Of a stretch of 64,000 bases of DNA, positions 27,789 to 36,765 are shown piece after piece. Positions within the stretch are counted from its first letter, which is position 1, and every line of letters begins with the position of its first letter. The position numbers were made by a program, and so were the translations under genes. Source of the DNA: Escherichia phage AV126. Location: sequence record OR352956.1; one strand, written 5' to 3'. The notes under the pieces were generated by a model, which saw only the letters and a list, made by a program, of their open reading frames with translations, had not been told where the DNA came from and did not search any database.

Positions 27789-27817
27789 AGTTTATCAAGC
27801 TTCCAGATTTCTGTCAA
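27789..27817 (-). promoter_or_regulatory. sigma70-like promoter (TTGACA - 17 nt - TAAACT) for the 27758..25091 operon
   Basis: on minus strand: terminator hairpin, then TTGACAGAAATCTGGAAGCTTGATAAACT, then SD and ATG. Confidence 0.55.
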
Positions 27818-27848
27818 TAAAAAACCCGCCGAAGCGGGTTATTATTTA

Positions 27849-28121
27849 CTAACACATTGAGGAAGAAGAGATCCAAACACCTCTTGTGGTTAAACCATTT
27901 TCATCCAACTCTACACCATAATCTTCACAAATGAAATCAATATAGTGATCTGCGGCTGGCGTTCCTGTAGGGTAATAAGTTTCTCCGTTGCCGTAGTCAC
28001 CTATCCAAGCTTGTTCCTGAAACTGTTCACAAAGTTCTTCGATTTCCTTACGAAACTTTCTTTGTGCTTGTTCCATCTCTTTAACTTTCTTTTTTATCAG
28101 CAGTTCGCCTTCAGACTCCAC
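27849..28121 (-). CDS. small acidic protein, C-terminal W-x-SSS-x-C family (copy 1)
   Basis: ends GVWISSSSMC. Confidence 0.5.
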   Translation of the reverse strand: MESEGELLIKKKVKEMEQAQRKFRKEIEELCEQFQEQAWIGDYGNGETYYPTGTPAADHYIDFICEDYGVELDENGLTTRGVWISSSSMC

Positions 28122-28130
28122 AATCTCTCC

Positions 28131-28391
28131 TTAACAGCTACTACTGTGCCAAACGCCTTGAGAATTAACGACGAAACCATCATCACCTTCACCATAACAA
28201 GAAGAGGATTGCCAATCTTCAAAACAGATTGCGTTATCTTCTAAACTAAGACCAAAACCAGCATCTTCAGCTTCTTTTGTAAGTTCGTCCACTAAAGCCA
28301 TAATAGCTTGGGCTTTTTCAGTTAATTCTTCAACATTACGATCACTCATTAGTATTTCTCCTCCGGTTGGAAAACTGAACGACAAGCCCAC
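28131..28391 (-). CDS. small acidic protein, C-terminal W-x-SSS-C family (copy 2)
   Basis: ends QGVWHSSSC. Confidence 0.5.
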   Translation of the reverse strand: MGLSFSFPTGGEILMSDRNVEELTEKAQAIMALVDELTKEAEDAGFGLSLEDNAICFEDWQSSSCYGEGDDGFVVNSQGVWHSSSC

Positions 28392-28663
28392 ATACTAGCT
28401 TCTTTTAAATGTTTAATAGCACAACGGATTTGATCAATACGCTCGTATGCAACATCTAATTCTTTTTCTGTGCCGTCAAAAGACCCATGATATGCTTCAC
28501 AATACTCTTCCTCTAAAGCTTTGAAGATTAAACCTAAACGCTCTTCTGCATCTTTAATAGCGTTAACCTTGCCAATCTTATCGTCGGTATGCGCCTTATA
28601 ACCTTTGATATCTTCGATTCCCACTTTACCTCCTATTAACAACTTAAAGAAGATGGATGCCAA
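28349..28663 (-). CDS. hypothetical protein (start uncertain)
   Basis: ORF overlaps neighbour by 43 nt. Confidence 0.4.
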   Translation of the reverse strand: MASIFFKLLIGGKVGIEDIKGYKAHTDDKIGKVNAIKDAEERLGLIFKALEEEYCEAYHGSFDGTEKELDVAYERIDQIRCAIKHLKEASMWACRSVFQPEEKY

Positions 28664-28833
28664 TTTGTCCCAGTATTCTCATTTTCATCTTCTGGATCAT
28701 AATAACCACCCATCCCATATTCAGGGGAGAAATGGAAACCTTCTCCAGTCTCGTCTGCTAACTGCTCTGCTTCCGCTAAAGCATCATAAGCTGCTTTTAC
28801 GGCTTCTTCTACTGTTTTAAACTTGGTCGTCAT
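28636..28833 (-). CDS. small acidic protein, C-terminal W-x-SS-x-C family (copy 3)
   Basis: ends TNWHPSSLSC. Confidence 0.5.
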   Translation of the reverse strand: MTTKFKTVEEAVKAAYDALAEAEQLADETGEGFHFSPEYGMGGYYDPEDENENTGTNWHPSSLSC

Positions 28834-29107
28834 AAAATTTCTCCTCTCCTAAAGACATGGTGACATGAAATGCACGATATGTAAATTCGTTGTCCGTTGT
28901 ATTTGAATAAAACTCAAATTGAACAACACCGTCTTGAGAAGACAAATACATGCCAATTTGAACTGTACCTTCTGGTACTAGGTAAGCATACTCTGGGCGT
29001 AGTGTTACATTGTAAAAATAAAGTTCACCAACACCCATTTCATCCCAAGCTTCCCAAGCGGTAACGAAGTTACTTTCAAAACTTGTTACTGATCCGAACT
29101 CTGCCAT
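28817..29107 (-). CDS. hypothetical protein (96 aa)
   Basis: ORF in operon. Confidence 0.5.
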   Translation of the reverse strand: MAEFGSVTSFESNFVTAWEAWDEMGVGELYFYNVTLRPEYAYLVPEGTVQIGMYLSSQDGVVQFEFYSNTTDNEFTYRAFHVTMSLGEEKFYDDQV

Positions 29108-29598
29108 AAAACCTCCTCAATTTTGTAGTTTGACTCCATCTCCAACACATTTCCACGAACGTCTCTCCGAAGAAAGGCATAAGCTTTATTAGGTATTGTA
29201 GACTCATATTTAACCATATCTGGCACAGCAAAAGATACTACTACTCCTTCTGGGCTTCTGTCAAGAGCCTTATTAATATTTCTAAGGATATCGTTAGCCA
29301 AGATTTCTGCCAATTCTCCAAGAACAGTTTCGGTTATATCTTTATACCCCATTAAATATTTGTTAATATCTTTCATCTCTGCATTGTTCAGAGTATAGTC
29401 TAAAGGATAGAAATTCAAAGCGGAGTCACTTTTATGTGTCCACATGAAATGTACCCGATCCGAGCAGAATCGTAACCCTCTACGAAGAATGTCTTCTACA
29501 ACAGGGAGAATTTCTTTTGTCACATCATTAACCATGTTGTAATCTAAGATTTCTGCCAAGTTTGTTCTTTGTTCACCACGTTTACGTTTAGGAATCAC
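29086..29598 (-). CDS. hypothetical protein (170 aa)
   Basis: ORF in operon. Confidence 0.5.
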   Translation of the reverse strand: MIPKRKRGEQRTNLAEILDYNMVNDVTKEILPVVEDILRRGLRFCSDRVHFMWTHKSDSALNFYPLDYTLNNAEMKDINKYLMGYKDITETVLGELAEILANDILRNINKALDRSPEGVVVSFAVPDMVKYESTIPNKAYAFLRRDVRGNVLEMESNYKIEEVLWQSSDQ

Positions 29599-30169
29599 TT
29601 GTTATTGCCCTCATTACCAAAGGTCGTAGAAAATCATAAATCTCTTGTTTTGTTTTCCCACGAATGTTTAAACAAGGAACATTATTTGCTTTAGCTATCT
29701 TCCAAGCCGTAGCTGTTCCGCCTTTTGCATCTCCGTGTTTATCAGTATCGGCACAAGCCAACAAGAAACATGATGGAGCAGGATTCTCCAAATCTTTACC
29801 TAACACCTGATGCACATTACGTTGGTGCAATTTTCTAGCGCCCTGCTTAAGCTTTTCATAAGCTGGGTGAACATCTTTGATCCATTGCACAGAGATAGCA
29901 TAGTTCATTGTATCTGGTTTTGCAAGAACAATAACATCACCTGGAATCTGATTACCTTTGAAATTTTCCCAAGGTACATAAATCTCCTTGTTAGTAGGAT
30001 TTTCAGACTCTTGGACACCTGTTTCAAAAGCAGAATCACTACCCTCTGCCTTCCCAGACCTTAATTTAAACCCAAGGTTTGAAAGCCATTTCCCTATGCC
30101 TACCATCAAAGCCCACTCTTCTTCAGATATGTCTCTACTTCCAACTCCCGTATAGAACAGTTCTGCCAT
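29588..30169 (-). CDS. DprA/SLOG-like Rossmann-fold protein (tentative)
   Basis: GVGSRD and SGKAEGSDSAFETG motifs resemble the DprA/Smf nucleotide-binding core; start trimmed to internal ATG. Confidence 0.35.
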   Translation of the reverse strand: MAELFYTGVGSRDISEEEWALMVGIGKWLSNLGFKLRSGKAEGSDSAFETGVQESENPTNKEIYVPWENFKGNQIPGDVIVLAKPDTMNYAISVQWIKDVHPAYEKLKQGARKLHQRNVHQVLGKDLENPAPSCFLLACADTDKHGDAKGGTATAWKIAKANNVPCLNIRGKTKQEIYDFLRPLVMRAITSDS

Positions 30170-30176
30170 AATCACC

Positions 30177-30485
30177 TCAACAAGTAATTTCAAAAGGTGT
30201 ATAGGGTTCCGTATTTCTCATGATCCAAGGACTGCTAGGATTGCTCGGATCATAAGGACCAAAAGGTTTTATGGTAGGTTGTGTCTCTTTCTTCTGAATC
30301 TCTTCAAAAATACGACGAAGTTCAGAATATTCTTGATCCACCATAAGATTCGGTGCATCTGATTCTACAGCTTGCAGGTTATCTTCCTTAAAAATAATCT
30401 CTCGAACAAGATTAACATCTTCTGTTTCTAAGATAACTTCTTTACGGATATTACCTACACTTTGAATAATTGTAATCTTATACAT
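30177..30485 (-). CDS. hypothetical protein (102 aa)
   Basis: ORF in operon. Confidence 0.5.
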   Translation of the reverse strand: MYKITIIQSVGNIRKEVILETEDVNLVREIIFKEDNLQAVESDAPNLMVDQEYSELRRIFEEIQKKETQPTIKPFGPYDPSNPSSPWIMRNTEPYTPFEITC

Positions 30486-31228
30486 TAATCCTCCTCAAGA
30501 GTTGAATAAAATTGAAGACCACCGTCCATATCGAAATAAGCAAATGTTAAGTTATTATTGAACACAGATCCAGTATCCATATAAACACGATTCGCATTGA
30601 TAATAGGTGTTTTTACATAAGAGTGTCCATGAAACACATAGTCCACACCCATCACAACAGGAAGTTTCATTCCCTCTTTAGCACAGTCCACCATATCTCT
30701 GTCCCACATAAGTGCTTCAGCAAAACGGTTTTCCTGTGTTTTTGTCATCTTCAAAGTGTATTCTGGAATATCTGTTACAGGGAGATATTCCAAAGAAGAT
30801 GGATACCCACCATGAATAAACGCAAGTTTCATGCCTCTGTAGTTAACAATGAGAACAACAGGTAAATCTTCTGTCATCATTGCTAAGGCTGTAGCTCCTT
30901 CTTCACCACATTCTTCAAGGACTGTATATCCTCCATTTTGATACCAACACTCGAAGTAGCTACGATCTCCTTCCAGCATACCTTTAATCATCATGTCTTC
31001 ATGATTTCCACGAATAGCATAGCGGTTGTGTTTACGAGTAAATTCTAAAACACAACGAAAGTTTTGCTTTCCACGGTCAGTAAGATCTCCTAAAGATACA
31101 ACTACATCTGTATCTCGGATACCTAACTTTGCCTTTCCTTTTTCATACAAATTATAACAACCGTGTAGATCTCCAATTATAAAAAGATCTTGATCGCTTT
31201 TAACAGTAATTTCTCTATGTATGATCAC
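30485..31228 (-). CDS. serine/threonine protein phosphatase (PPP/calcineurin-like family)
   Basis: GDLHG, GDLTDRG and GNHE metallophosphatase motifs in canonical order. Confidence 0.75.
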   Translation of the reverse strand: MIIHREITVKSDQDLFIIGDLHGCYNLYEKGKAKLGIRDTDVVVSLGDLTDRGKQNFRCVLEFTRKHNRYAIRGNHEDMMIKGMLEGDRSYFECWYQNGGYTVLEECGEEGATALAMMTEDLPVVLIVNYRGMKLAFIHGGYPSSLEYLPVTDIPEYTLKMTKTQENRFAEALMWDRDMVDCAKEGMKLPVVMGVDYVFHGHSYVKTPIINANRVYMDTGSVFNNNLTFAYFDMDGGLQFYSTLEED

Positions 31229-31554
31229 TTATCCTCCTCAAAATCTAAGAAAATAAAAATATTCACCTTTCCTTCAATCTCTTGTTCTAAAACAAGATCG
31301 GCAAATTCTGCATAAGCTTTCTCTTCAACTTTTTCAATATGCTCTGCGGCATCTTTAAAAGGTGTATCCCCATCCACCTTTACTAATAAGAAAAGAGATC
31401 GCATTTCGACGCTTTTACTGTTACGAGGAAGGAAATCTACAGCTTCAACAATTCTCCAACCCAAATAGCCAGGAGTTTTATGAATCTCCCCTAAATGCTT
31501 TTCTAAGATTTTACGACCCTCGTCGATAAGGGCTTGTTCTGTAGTAATTTCCAT
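31225..31554 (-). CDS. hypothetical protein (109 aa)
   Basis: coupled ORF. Confidence 0.5.
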   Translation of the reverse strand: MEITTEQALIDEGRKILEKHLGEIHKTPGYLGWRIVEAVDFLPRNSKSVEMRSLFLLVKVDGDTPFKDAAEHIEKVEEKAYAEFADLVLEQEIEGKVNIFIFLDFEEDK

Positions 31555-31564
31555 TCCTTCCTCC

Positions 31565-32155
31565 TCAAATTATTAACGAAACCGCATGACTAAATTTTGG
31601 TTCAGATATAACCTCTGCTACAGTCACATATGTATCGTGCAGCCAAAAAGATTCTACTCTACAAACACAAATACCGTTGATAATGAAATCTACACAGGCT
31701 TTATTATTTTCGCACACTTGTTGACTATAAACAACCCCTAAAGAGTCATAAAGTGATCTAACTGTTGCTACCATTTCATCTGTTTCATCTTCGTGCGAAA
31801 CAAAGAAAACGAATACAGACAAGTTGTTAGCGAAAGTACTGCTATTCTCTACTTCAACCGACTTACAAGGTAAAAAGGAGTAATATTTACCGTTAGGTAT
31901 CAATTTCGCCTCAACCTGGTTAAGTATGCTTTGAGATGGTTTTGTTACATAAAAAAGATTTTCTGTTGGGTTTTCAACATTACTCCTTACTATGCAACGA
32001 GTGGGGTTCGAAGGATCAAAAACATGATCAAAATCGACACACACAGGTAGGTTAACAACTTTAAACTTTTTGCTAAGAATGCTTACTGCTGTAAAAATCA
32101 AACCAGCATTTATTTTGCCAGTGAAAGTTGAACGCATAACTACTCCTCGGATCAT
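31565..32155 (-). CDS. hypothetical protein (196 aa)
   Basis: ORF in operon. Confidence 0.5.
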   Translation of the reverse strand: MIRGVVMRSTFTGKINAGLIFTAVSILSKKFKVVNLPVCVDFDHVFDPSNPTRCIVRSNVENPTENLFYVTKPSQSILNQVEAKLIPNGKYYSFLPCKSVEVENSSTFANNLSVFVFFVSHEDETDEMVATVRSLYDSLGVVYSQQVCENNKACVDFIINGICVCRVESFWLHDTYVTVAEVISEPKFSHAVSLII

Positions 32156-32346
32156 TCTACCAAAGAGAATTCCGCCTCTTCCAGGTAGATTACAGACCTT
32201 GTTGCATGATATTTAACGCTCCAGAAATTACCTTCGCGCCGTAAAAGTATCTCATTCACATCAAGATTGCTTAGAAAAACCATATAACTTAAAGCTTGTT
32301 GACGCGTTGAGAATTGTTTCTCTAAAAGTTCTTCTCCGCTCTGCAT
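32152..32346 (-). CDS. hypothetical protein (64 aa)
   Basis: coupled ORF. Confidence 0.45.
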   Translation of the reverse strand: MQSGEELLEKQFSTRQQALSYMVFLSNLDVNEILLRREGNFWSVKYHATRSVIYLEEAEFSLVE

Positions 32347-32392
32347 AATCCCTCCTTAAAAATACTCCCTCCGAGAAGGGAGTATAAGTATA

Positions 32393-32596
32393 TCACGTAG
32401 TTGTTATGTTGCCTTCTTGGATACTAGAATCCACTTCTGCAAACATATCTTCTGCACTGTAATTATTTCCAGTCCAGCGTGATAAAAGGATAGCACCAAT
32501 CTCTTTTGCATGAGATTCAGACTCCGCATAAACGTTAGTCCCAGTGTCACCTTTCTTCTTTTCATGTGCATAAATGCAGTAATAATTGTAAGCCAT
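32393..32596 (-). CDS. hypothetical protein (67 aa)
   Basis: ORF in operon. Confidence 0.45.
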   Translation of the reverse strand: MAYNYYCIYAHEKKKGDTGTNVYAESESHAKEIGAILLSRWTGNNYSAEDMFAEVDSSIQEGNITTT

Positions 32597-32832
32597 TAGT
32601 CTTCCCAGTCATTGTCCTCGGTAGAGTGAACCAAAGCTCGCACGATACCACCGTAATCTACTGCCTGATTTGCAGCATGTTCGGCATAAACTTCAATGGC
32701 TTTTTTGAAGAAAAGAGCAGTAGCTGCTTCAATATTATCCATTTCGCCGTCTACATCAGTAGAAAGTGAAAGGTTGAGGCTTTCATCTACTTCATCAAAA
32801 TCAATAGCCACTGTCATAATTAGTTTACCCAT
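32596..32832 (-). CDS. hypothetical acidic protein (78 aa)
   Basis: coupled ORF. Confidence 0.45.
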   Translation of the reverse strand: MGKLIMTVAIDFDEVDESLNLSLSTDVDGEMDNIEAATALFFKKAIEVYAEHAANQAVDYGGIVRALVHSTEDNDWED

Positions 32833-32844
32833 AGTTCACACTCC

Positions 32845-33354
32845 TTAAACAAAATAAAATGGTTGAGAGAGGCCCAAACGATTCTTTGGGTCGTATACAT
32901 ACCAAGCGTATGCTGTCTTATCTGTTCCACCTGCAACAAACGAAGGCCGTTCTGAAAGAACTATAAGGTTTGTCGGTGGATTCTTTTGATGGAACTCTCG
33001 TCGTTTCTTTGACTCCAAGAAGCCCAACCGAAGAAGATAAATACAAACATCCGCCTCTTTTAAGCTCTTTTCCAAGAACTCCATTGCTAACTTAAATGGA
33101 GGGTTTGTGATTATAATGTCGGGACGATTTTCCCACTCGTGACTAAAATAATCCTTACCTTCTTCAAGTTCACAATATTCTGAACCTTCAGGAAAATGGC
33201 GATAAATCGCTTCAGCTTCACCTCTGCAAGGTTCTGCAAAAACCCAACCTTCTTCCTTTAGATTTTTGAAATCTATAACACTAAACAAACTGTTGATTGC
33301 TTTTTGCGGTGTCGGATAATAATCGCTCGTTGGGCGATCATAATCTAATGCCAT
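32845..33354 (-). CDS. DNA N6-adenine methyltransferase (small phage Dam-like)
   Basis: YYPTP motif and IIITNPPF (DPPY-type) catalytic motif. Confidence 0.6.
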   Translation of the reverse strand: MALDYDRPTSDYYPTPQKAINSLFSVIDFKNLKEEGWVFAEPCRGEAEAIYRHFPEGSEYCELEEGKDYFSHEWENRPDIIITNPPFKLAMEFLEKSLKEADVCIYLLRLGFLESKKRREFHQKNPPTNLIVLSERPSFVAGGTDKTAYAWYVYDPKNRLGLSQPFYFV

Positions 33355-33772
33355 CTAAAATCTCCTCTTTTGTAATATTATCCAACTCTTTAAAGGATGA
33401 AATCTCGTTTAATAATCCTATTTGATCAGCCTCTAGAGGATAAGTGTTTTTATCTGTTTTTCTAGACAGAATATCTTCAACAAACTTATCAATAGCCAAA
33501 GAAGAATCATAAAATTTTAAAAGTTGGTAATCCATAGGAGATATTTTGTCATCTCTTAGAAATATTTCTAACATGTTTTCAGGAGTATCGTGGTTTAGTT
33601 TATGTTCACCAAAAATATTAACTTCGTAAACATCTTTGCCAAACCAACGTTTTTTCTTTTCAACAGTATAGGTTTTTGCCACCAGACCATCTAAACAGTT
33701 TCTTGCCCTCTTACATGTTTGACGGTAAGAGTGGATAGCGCCTTCAACAAACTTAGCAGGAACTTGTAACAT
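33338..33772 (-). CDS. hypothetical protein (144 aa)
   Basis: ORF in operon. Confidence 0.5.
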   Translation of the reverse strand: MLQVPAKFVEGAIHSYRQTCKRARNCLDGLVAKTYTVEKKKRWFGKDVYEVNIFGEHKLNHDTPENMLEIFLRDDKISPMDYQLLKFYDSSLAIDKFVEDILSRKTDKNTYPLEADQIGLLNEISSFKELDNITKEEILDGIRL

Positions 33773-33817
33773 TATTAATCTCCTATGTTTAAGAAATGCC
33801 CCCGAAGGGGCAGTTTG

Positions 33818-34510
33818 TTAAATAGCGGTTCCTTCGAAATCCGCCACATTTACGAGATTAATATTTTCAGATTTAGAAGTCAAGTTGTTTTCTGCAACAG
33901 ATTTTTCTTCAGTATCCGCCTCGTTACCTGCCACGTTACGAGGTTCTTCTTCACCGTAGGGATTACCGAATTTCAAAAGATTGATCAATTCTTCTTTGGA
34001 GAAGTTTTCTAAATCATCGTCTGTTAATTCAATAATCTCATCTTGTTCTTCAACAAATGTTTCACCACCAGAAAAAGCATCTCGCTTTTTAGCTACTTCC
34101 ATAGCCTGTTCTGGTGTTGCCCCTGCATCAAGAGCAGCTAAAGCAAAGTCTGACCCGCTTCCTACCGCATAATATTCTTCATCAATCGGATATGCACGTG
34201 TTGGGTTGTTACCTTCGTGCAGGAAAATACGTCCGTCAGGATGAACAACAAGTGCAATAAACTCTTCATCTTCTTTATCTGGATCAGAGTGAATCATCAA
34301 ACCAGGGACAGCATCACGTGCTGCTTCGCACTGTAGGTTTTGTTCAAACCATTGAAAGAAAGAAAGCACGGAGGTCAGACGACCAGCACCACCTACAAGG
34401 TAATCTCCAATTTTTCGGACCTTTTTGAAATTAATAGAATCTACACGTCCGCCAAAAGTTACCTTACCATCACTCAAAATCTTATTCTTGGTTGCAATAA
34501 TTGTCGTCAC
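33818..34510 (-). CDS. HslV-like N-terminal-threonine peptidase with acidic C-terminal extension
   Basis: MTTIIATKN start (Thr directly after Met), GGAG and AVGSGSDFALAAL blocks align with HslV; about 50 extra acidic residues at the C-terminus. Confidence 0.6.
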   Translation of the reverse strand: MTTIIATKNKILSDGKVTFGGRVDSINFKKVRKIGDYLVGGAGRLTSVLSFFQWFEQNLQCEAARDAVPGLMIHSDPDKEDEEFIALVVHPDGRIFLHEGNNPTRAYPIDEEYYAVGSGSDFALAALDAGATPEQAMEVAKKRDAFSGGETFVEEQDEIIELTDDDLENFSKEELINLLKFGNPYGEEEPRNVAGNEADTEEKSVAENNLTSKSENINLVNVADFEGTAI

Positions 34511-35013
34511 TATTCTTCCTCCTCTGTTAATGTTTTAAGAACCGCTTTCCCGCCATTCACATATTTGCAGATGTATTCTATCGCACGTAGTGTCTCTTTG
34601 TCAACAAAAATTTGATCAGACGTTGCGAGCGGGTTATTAAGAAGATCACTGCAATCACGAACAAGCAGTGCTTTCTTATTAAACAAATTACTTAAGAACA
34701 GTAACTTCGCCTCTTCTTCTGTTATGTGCAGAAGGCTAGGATCGGAGCCAGCTATTCCTATTATACAATCAAACAAGCTTTCTTTACTATCAGAAAGTTC
34801 TTGAAAATGGTTTAAAAGCCAATCTTCTCCTAGACACCAACATTTAAACATTTCCAGTTTATCTCGGAGGGTCATATTCTCTAAAGTAAGAGCAATCTCT
34901 TTTTCAATATGGTTTACACAAATTTGACGAAATTCGTTAGGTTTTACGAGTCCCGTTTGATAGCACTCATCTATACCGCTTCTTCCGATAGCTATTGTTG
35001 CTACACCCATCAA
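34510..35013 (-). CDS. hypothetical protein (167 aa)
   Basis: coupled ORF. Confidence 0.5.
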   Translation of the reverse strand: MMGVATIAIGRSGIDECYQTGLVKPNEFRQICVNHIEKEIALTLENMTLRDKLEMFKCWCLGEDWLLNHFQELSDSKESLFDCIIGIAGSDPSLLHITEEEAKLLFLSNLFNKKALLVRDCSDLLNNPLATSDQIFVDKETLRAIEYICKYVNGGKAVLKTLTEEEE

Positions 35014-35045
35014 TCCTCCTTATAAATGGCTTCCCTGCCACGTTA

Positions 35046-35804
35046 TTAAATAAACACTTCAGTAATCAGTTTAGACAAACGTCCACGTTTATTATCGTCC
35101 GTTGTCAGTTCAACATATCCAATAAAATCTACAATTGGCTCACGAACACCTTCTTCATTTTCTGGATATAAAAGTTCCAAAATTTGATGCAGACCATTGC
35201 TACGTTTTTTAATTGCATATGTCTGGCGAACATCACCTAATACAATAACATGCGTATTAATACCTGCACGTTCAATAAGAAGTTTAAGTGTTTCTGTTGA
35301 CATAAGTTGTGCTTCGTCAATAATGACAATTGTATTATCCAGGGTAGCTCCCAACAAATAGTTAGGAATATTCAATTCGATCTTACCTGATCCAATATCG
35401 TTTTCCAATTTGTTGGCTGTCATGAATTGCTGGAAAATACGTTTTGTAGATTCATAGTGTGCTGCTAGTTTATCTGTTTTATCCCCAGACAAGAAACCAA
35501 TCTGGTCATCTCCGACTTCAGTAGGGTTTTTGATAAAAAGTAGTTTACGGAAGTCTCCTGAACGAAGCATCTGCAAAGCTTTCCATAAAGCAACAGAGGT
35601 TTTACCAGTCCCTGCCGGAGCATTTACAACAGTCAGATCATTCCAAATCATGCTTTGAACAATCTTATTTTGGTCCCCTTCAGGCATAAATTCATCTAAA
35701 CGGTAATCGTCATTACCTACCGCTTTTGCTGCATAACGGCTTTCAATCTTTGCTGAATTAGCCAGTTTCTGCCGTTGTGTTTTAGCTGCGGTTTTATTTC
35801 CCAT
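35046..35804 (-). CDS. phoH: PhoH-like ATPase
   Basis: Walker A GTGKTSVAL and Walker B IIDEAQ; start trimmed to ATG at 35804 with AAGGAG SD. Confidence 0.8.
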   Translation of the reverse strand: MGNKTAAKTQRQKLANSAKIESRYAAKAVGNDDYRLDEFMPEGDQNKIVQSMIWNDLTVVNAPAGTGKTSVALWKALQMLRSGDFRKLLFIKNPTEVGDDQIGFLSGDKTDKLAAHYESTKRIFQQFMTANKLENDIGSGKIELNIPNYLLGATLDNTIVIIDEAQLMSTETLKLLIERAGINTHVIVLGDVRQTYAIKKRSNGLHQILELLYPENEEGVREPIVDFIGYVELTTDDNKRGRLSKLITEVFI

Positions 35805-35841
35805 AGTAGCACTCCTTTTAGAAGGGGCCGAAGCCCCTTTA

Positions 35842-36342
35842 TTAGTTGTAAGCATCTAAAGTTCCAGAAGTCAGAACTTTAATTACTCGTTCAGCACGGT
35901 TTGGCGTCTGGCTATACCATCGGCTTTTACGCATGTTTTTACCTGCTTGAGTATAATATGCATTGCTGATTAAAGTCAAGCTATTTTGAAACCCTTCAGC
36001 ACCTTTTAACCCCAACTGGAAAACCATGTTGATTATTCCCAATTTACGAGTATCACTCACCTTATCATAGATTGGTGATAAGATAGCACTGTTTTTTATG
36101 TCTCTCTTCACTTTTGCAACATCGTCAGCAAAGATTTGACGGGCTTCTTTTTCTGTGATAACTCCATTGGTCTTACGACCAAGGAGATTATCTAAGATTT
36201 GAATAGCCTTTGCTTTATCTTTTATTTTAGTCAGAAGGTGTCCTATGCCGACTGTCCAATAACCAAGATGGTCTTGATAAACAGTAAGCTTCAGTCCTTC
36301 ATCGACTCGTAGCATATCAAACTCATCTACTACTTTAGCCAT
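35842..36342 (-). CDS. T4-type lysozyme (glycoside hydrolase family 24 endolysin)
   Basis: near-collinear match to the T4 lysozyme sequence, including EGLKLTVYQD, YWTVGIGHLL and WYSQTPNRAERVI. Confidence 0.9.
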   Translation of the reverse strand: MAKVVDEFDMLRVDEGLKLTVYQDHLGYWTVGIGHLLTKIKDKAKAIQILDNLLGRKTNGVITEKEARQIFADDVAKVKRDIKNSAILSPIYDKVSDTRKLGIINMVFQLGLKGAEGFQNSLTLISNAYYTQAGKNMRKSRWYSQTPNRAERVIKVLTSGTLDAYN

Positions 36343-36504
36343 TTACTTCCTATTCGTCGTCTCCTACTCCGTGATCCAACTCGTTAAACAATAGATGTTC
36401 TGGAGAAGTTTCACGTTTTGGTTTCGTTTTCTTTATGTTGGACTTCAGCTCATTTGCCAAAGCACGAGAAAAGATCTTACGTTTCTGTTTACTTTTCATA
36501 ATTG

Positions 36505-36765
36505 TTACTCCGCAATTTGAGCCATGAGATCACGCAGTTCGGTAAAACCGCCTACGTATGTTACCTCCCCGTTCACTTCAGACAGAATTTGTGGAAATGT
36601 GCGTGGAGGAACTCCGGTAAGATCAACAACTGTTTTAGTCATTGATTCTAAATCGTAGTCTTGGTCAAGACTTAAATATTCAAACTGTTTATTGCGCATG
36701 GTTAATAGTTGTTTTGACATTTCACAAAATTGACAGTTAGGTTTACCAAAAATTACAAATTCCAT
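36505..36765 (-). CDS. glutaredoxin/NrdH-like redoxin
   Basis: CQFC active-site motif in an 86 aa thioredoxin-fold-sized protein next to RNR genes. Confidence 0.7.
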   Translation of the reverse strand: MEFVIFGKPNCQFCEMSKQLLTMRNKQFEYLSLDQDYDLESMTKTVVDLTGVPPRTFPQILSEVNGEVTYVGGFTELRDLMAQIAE

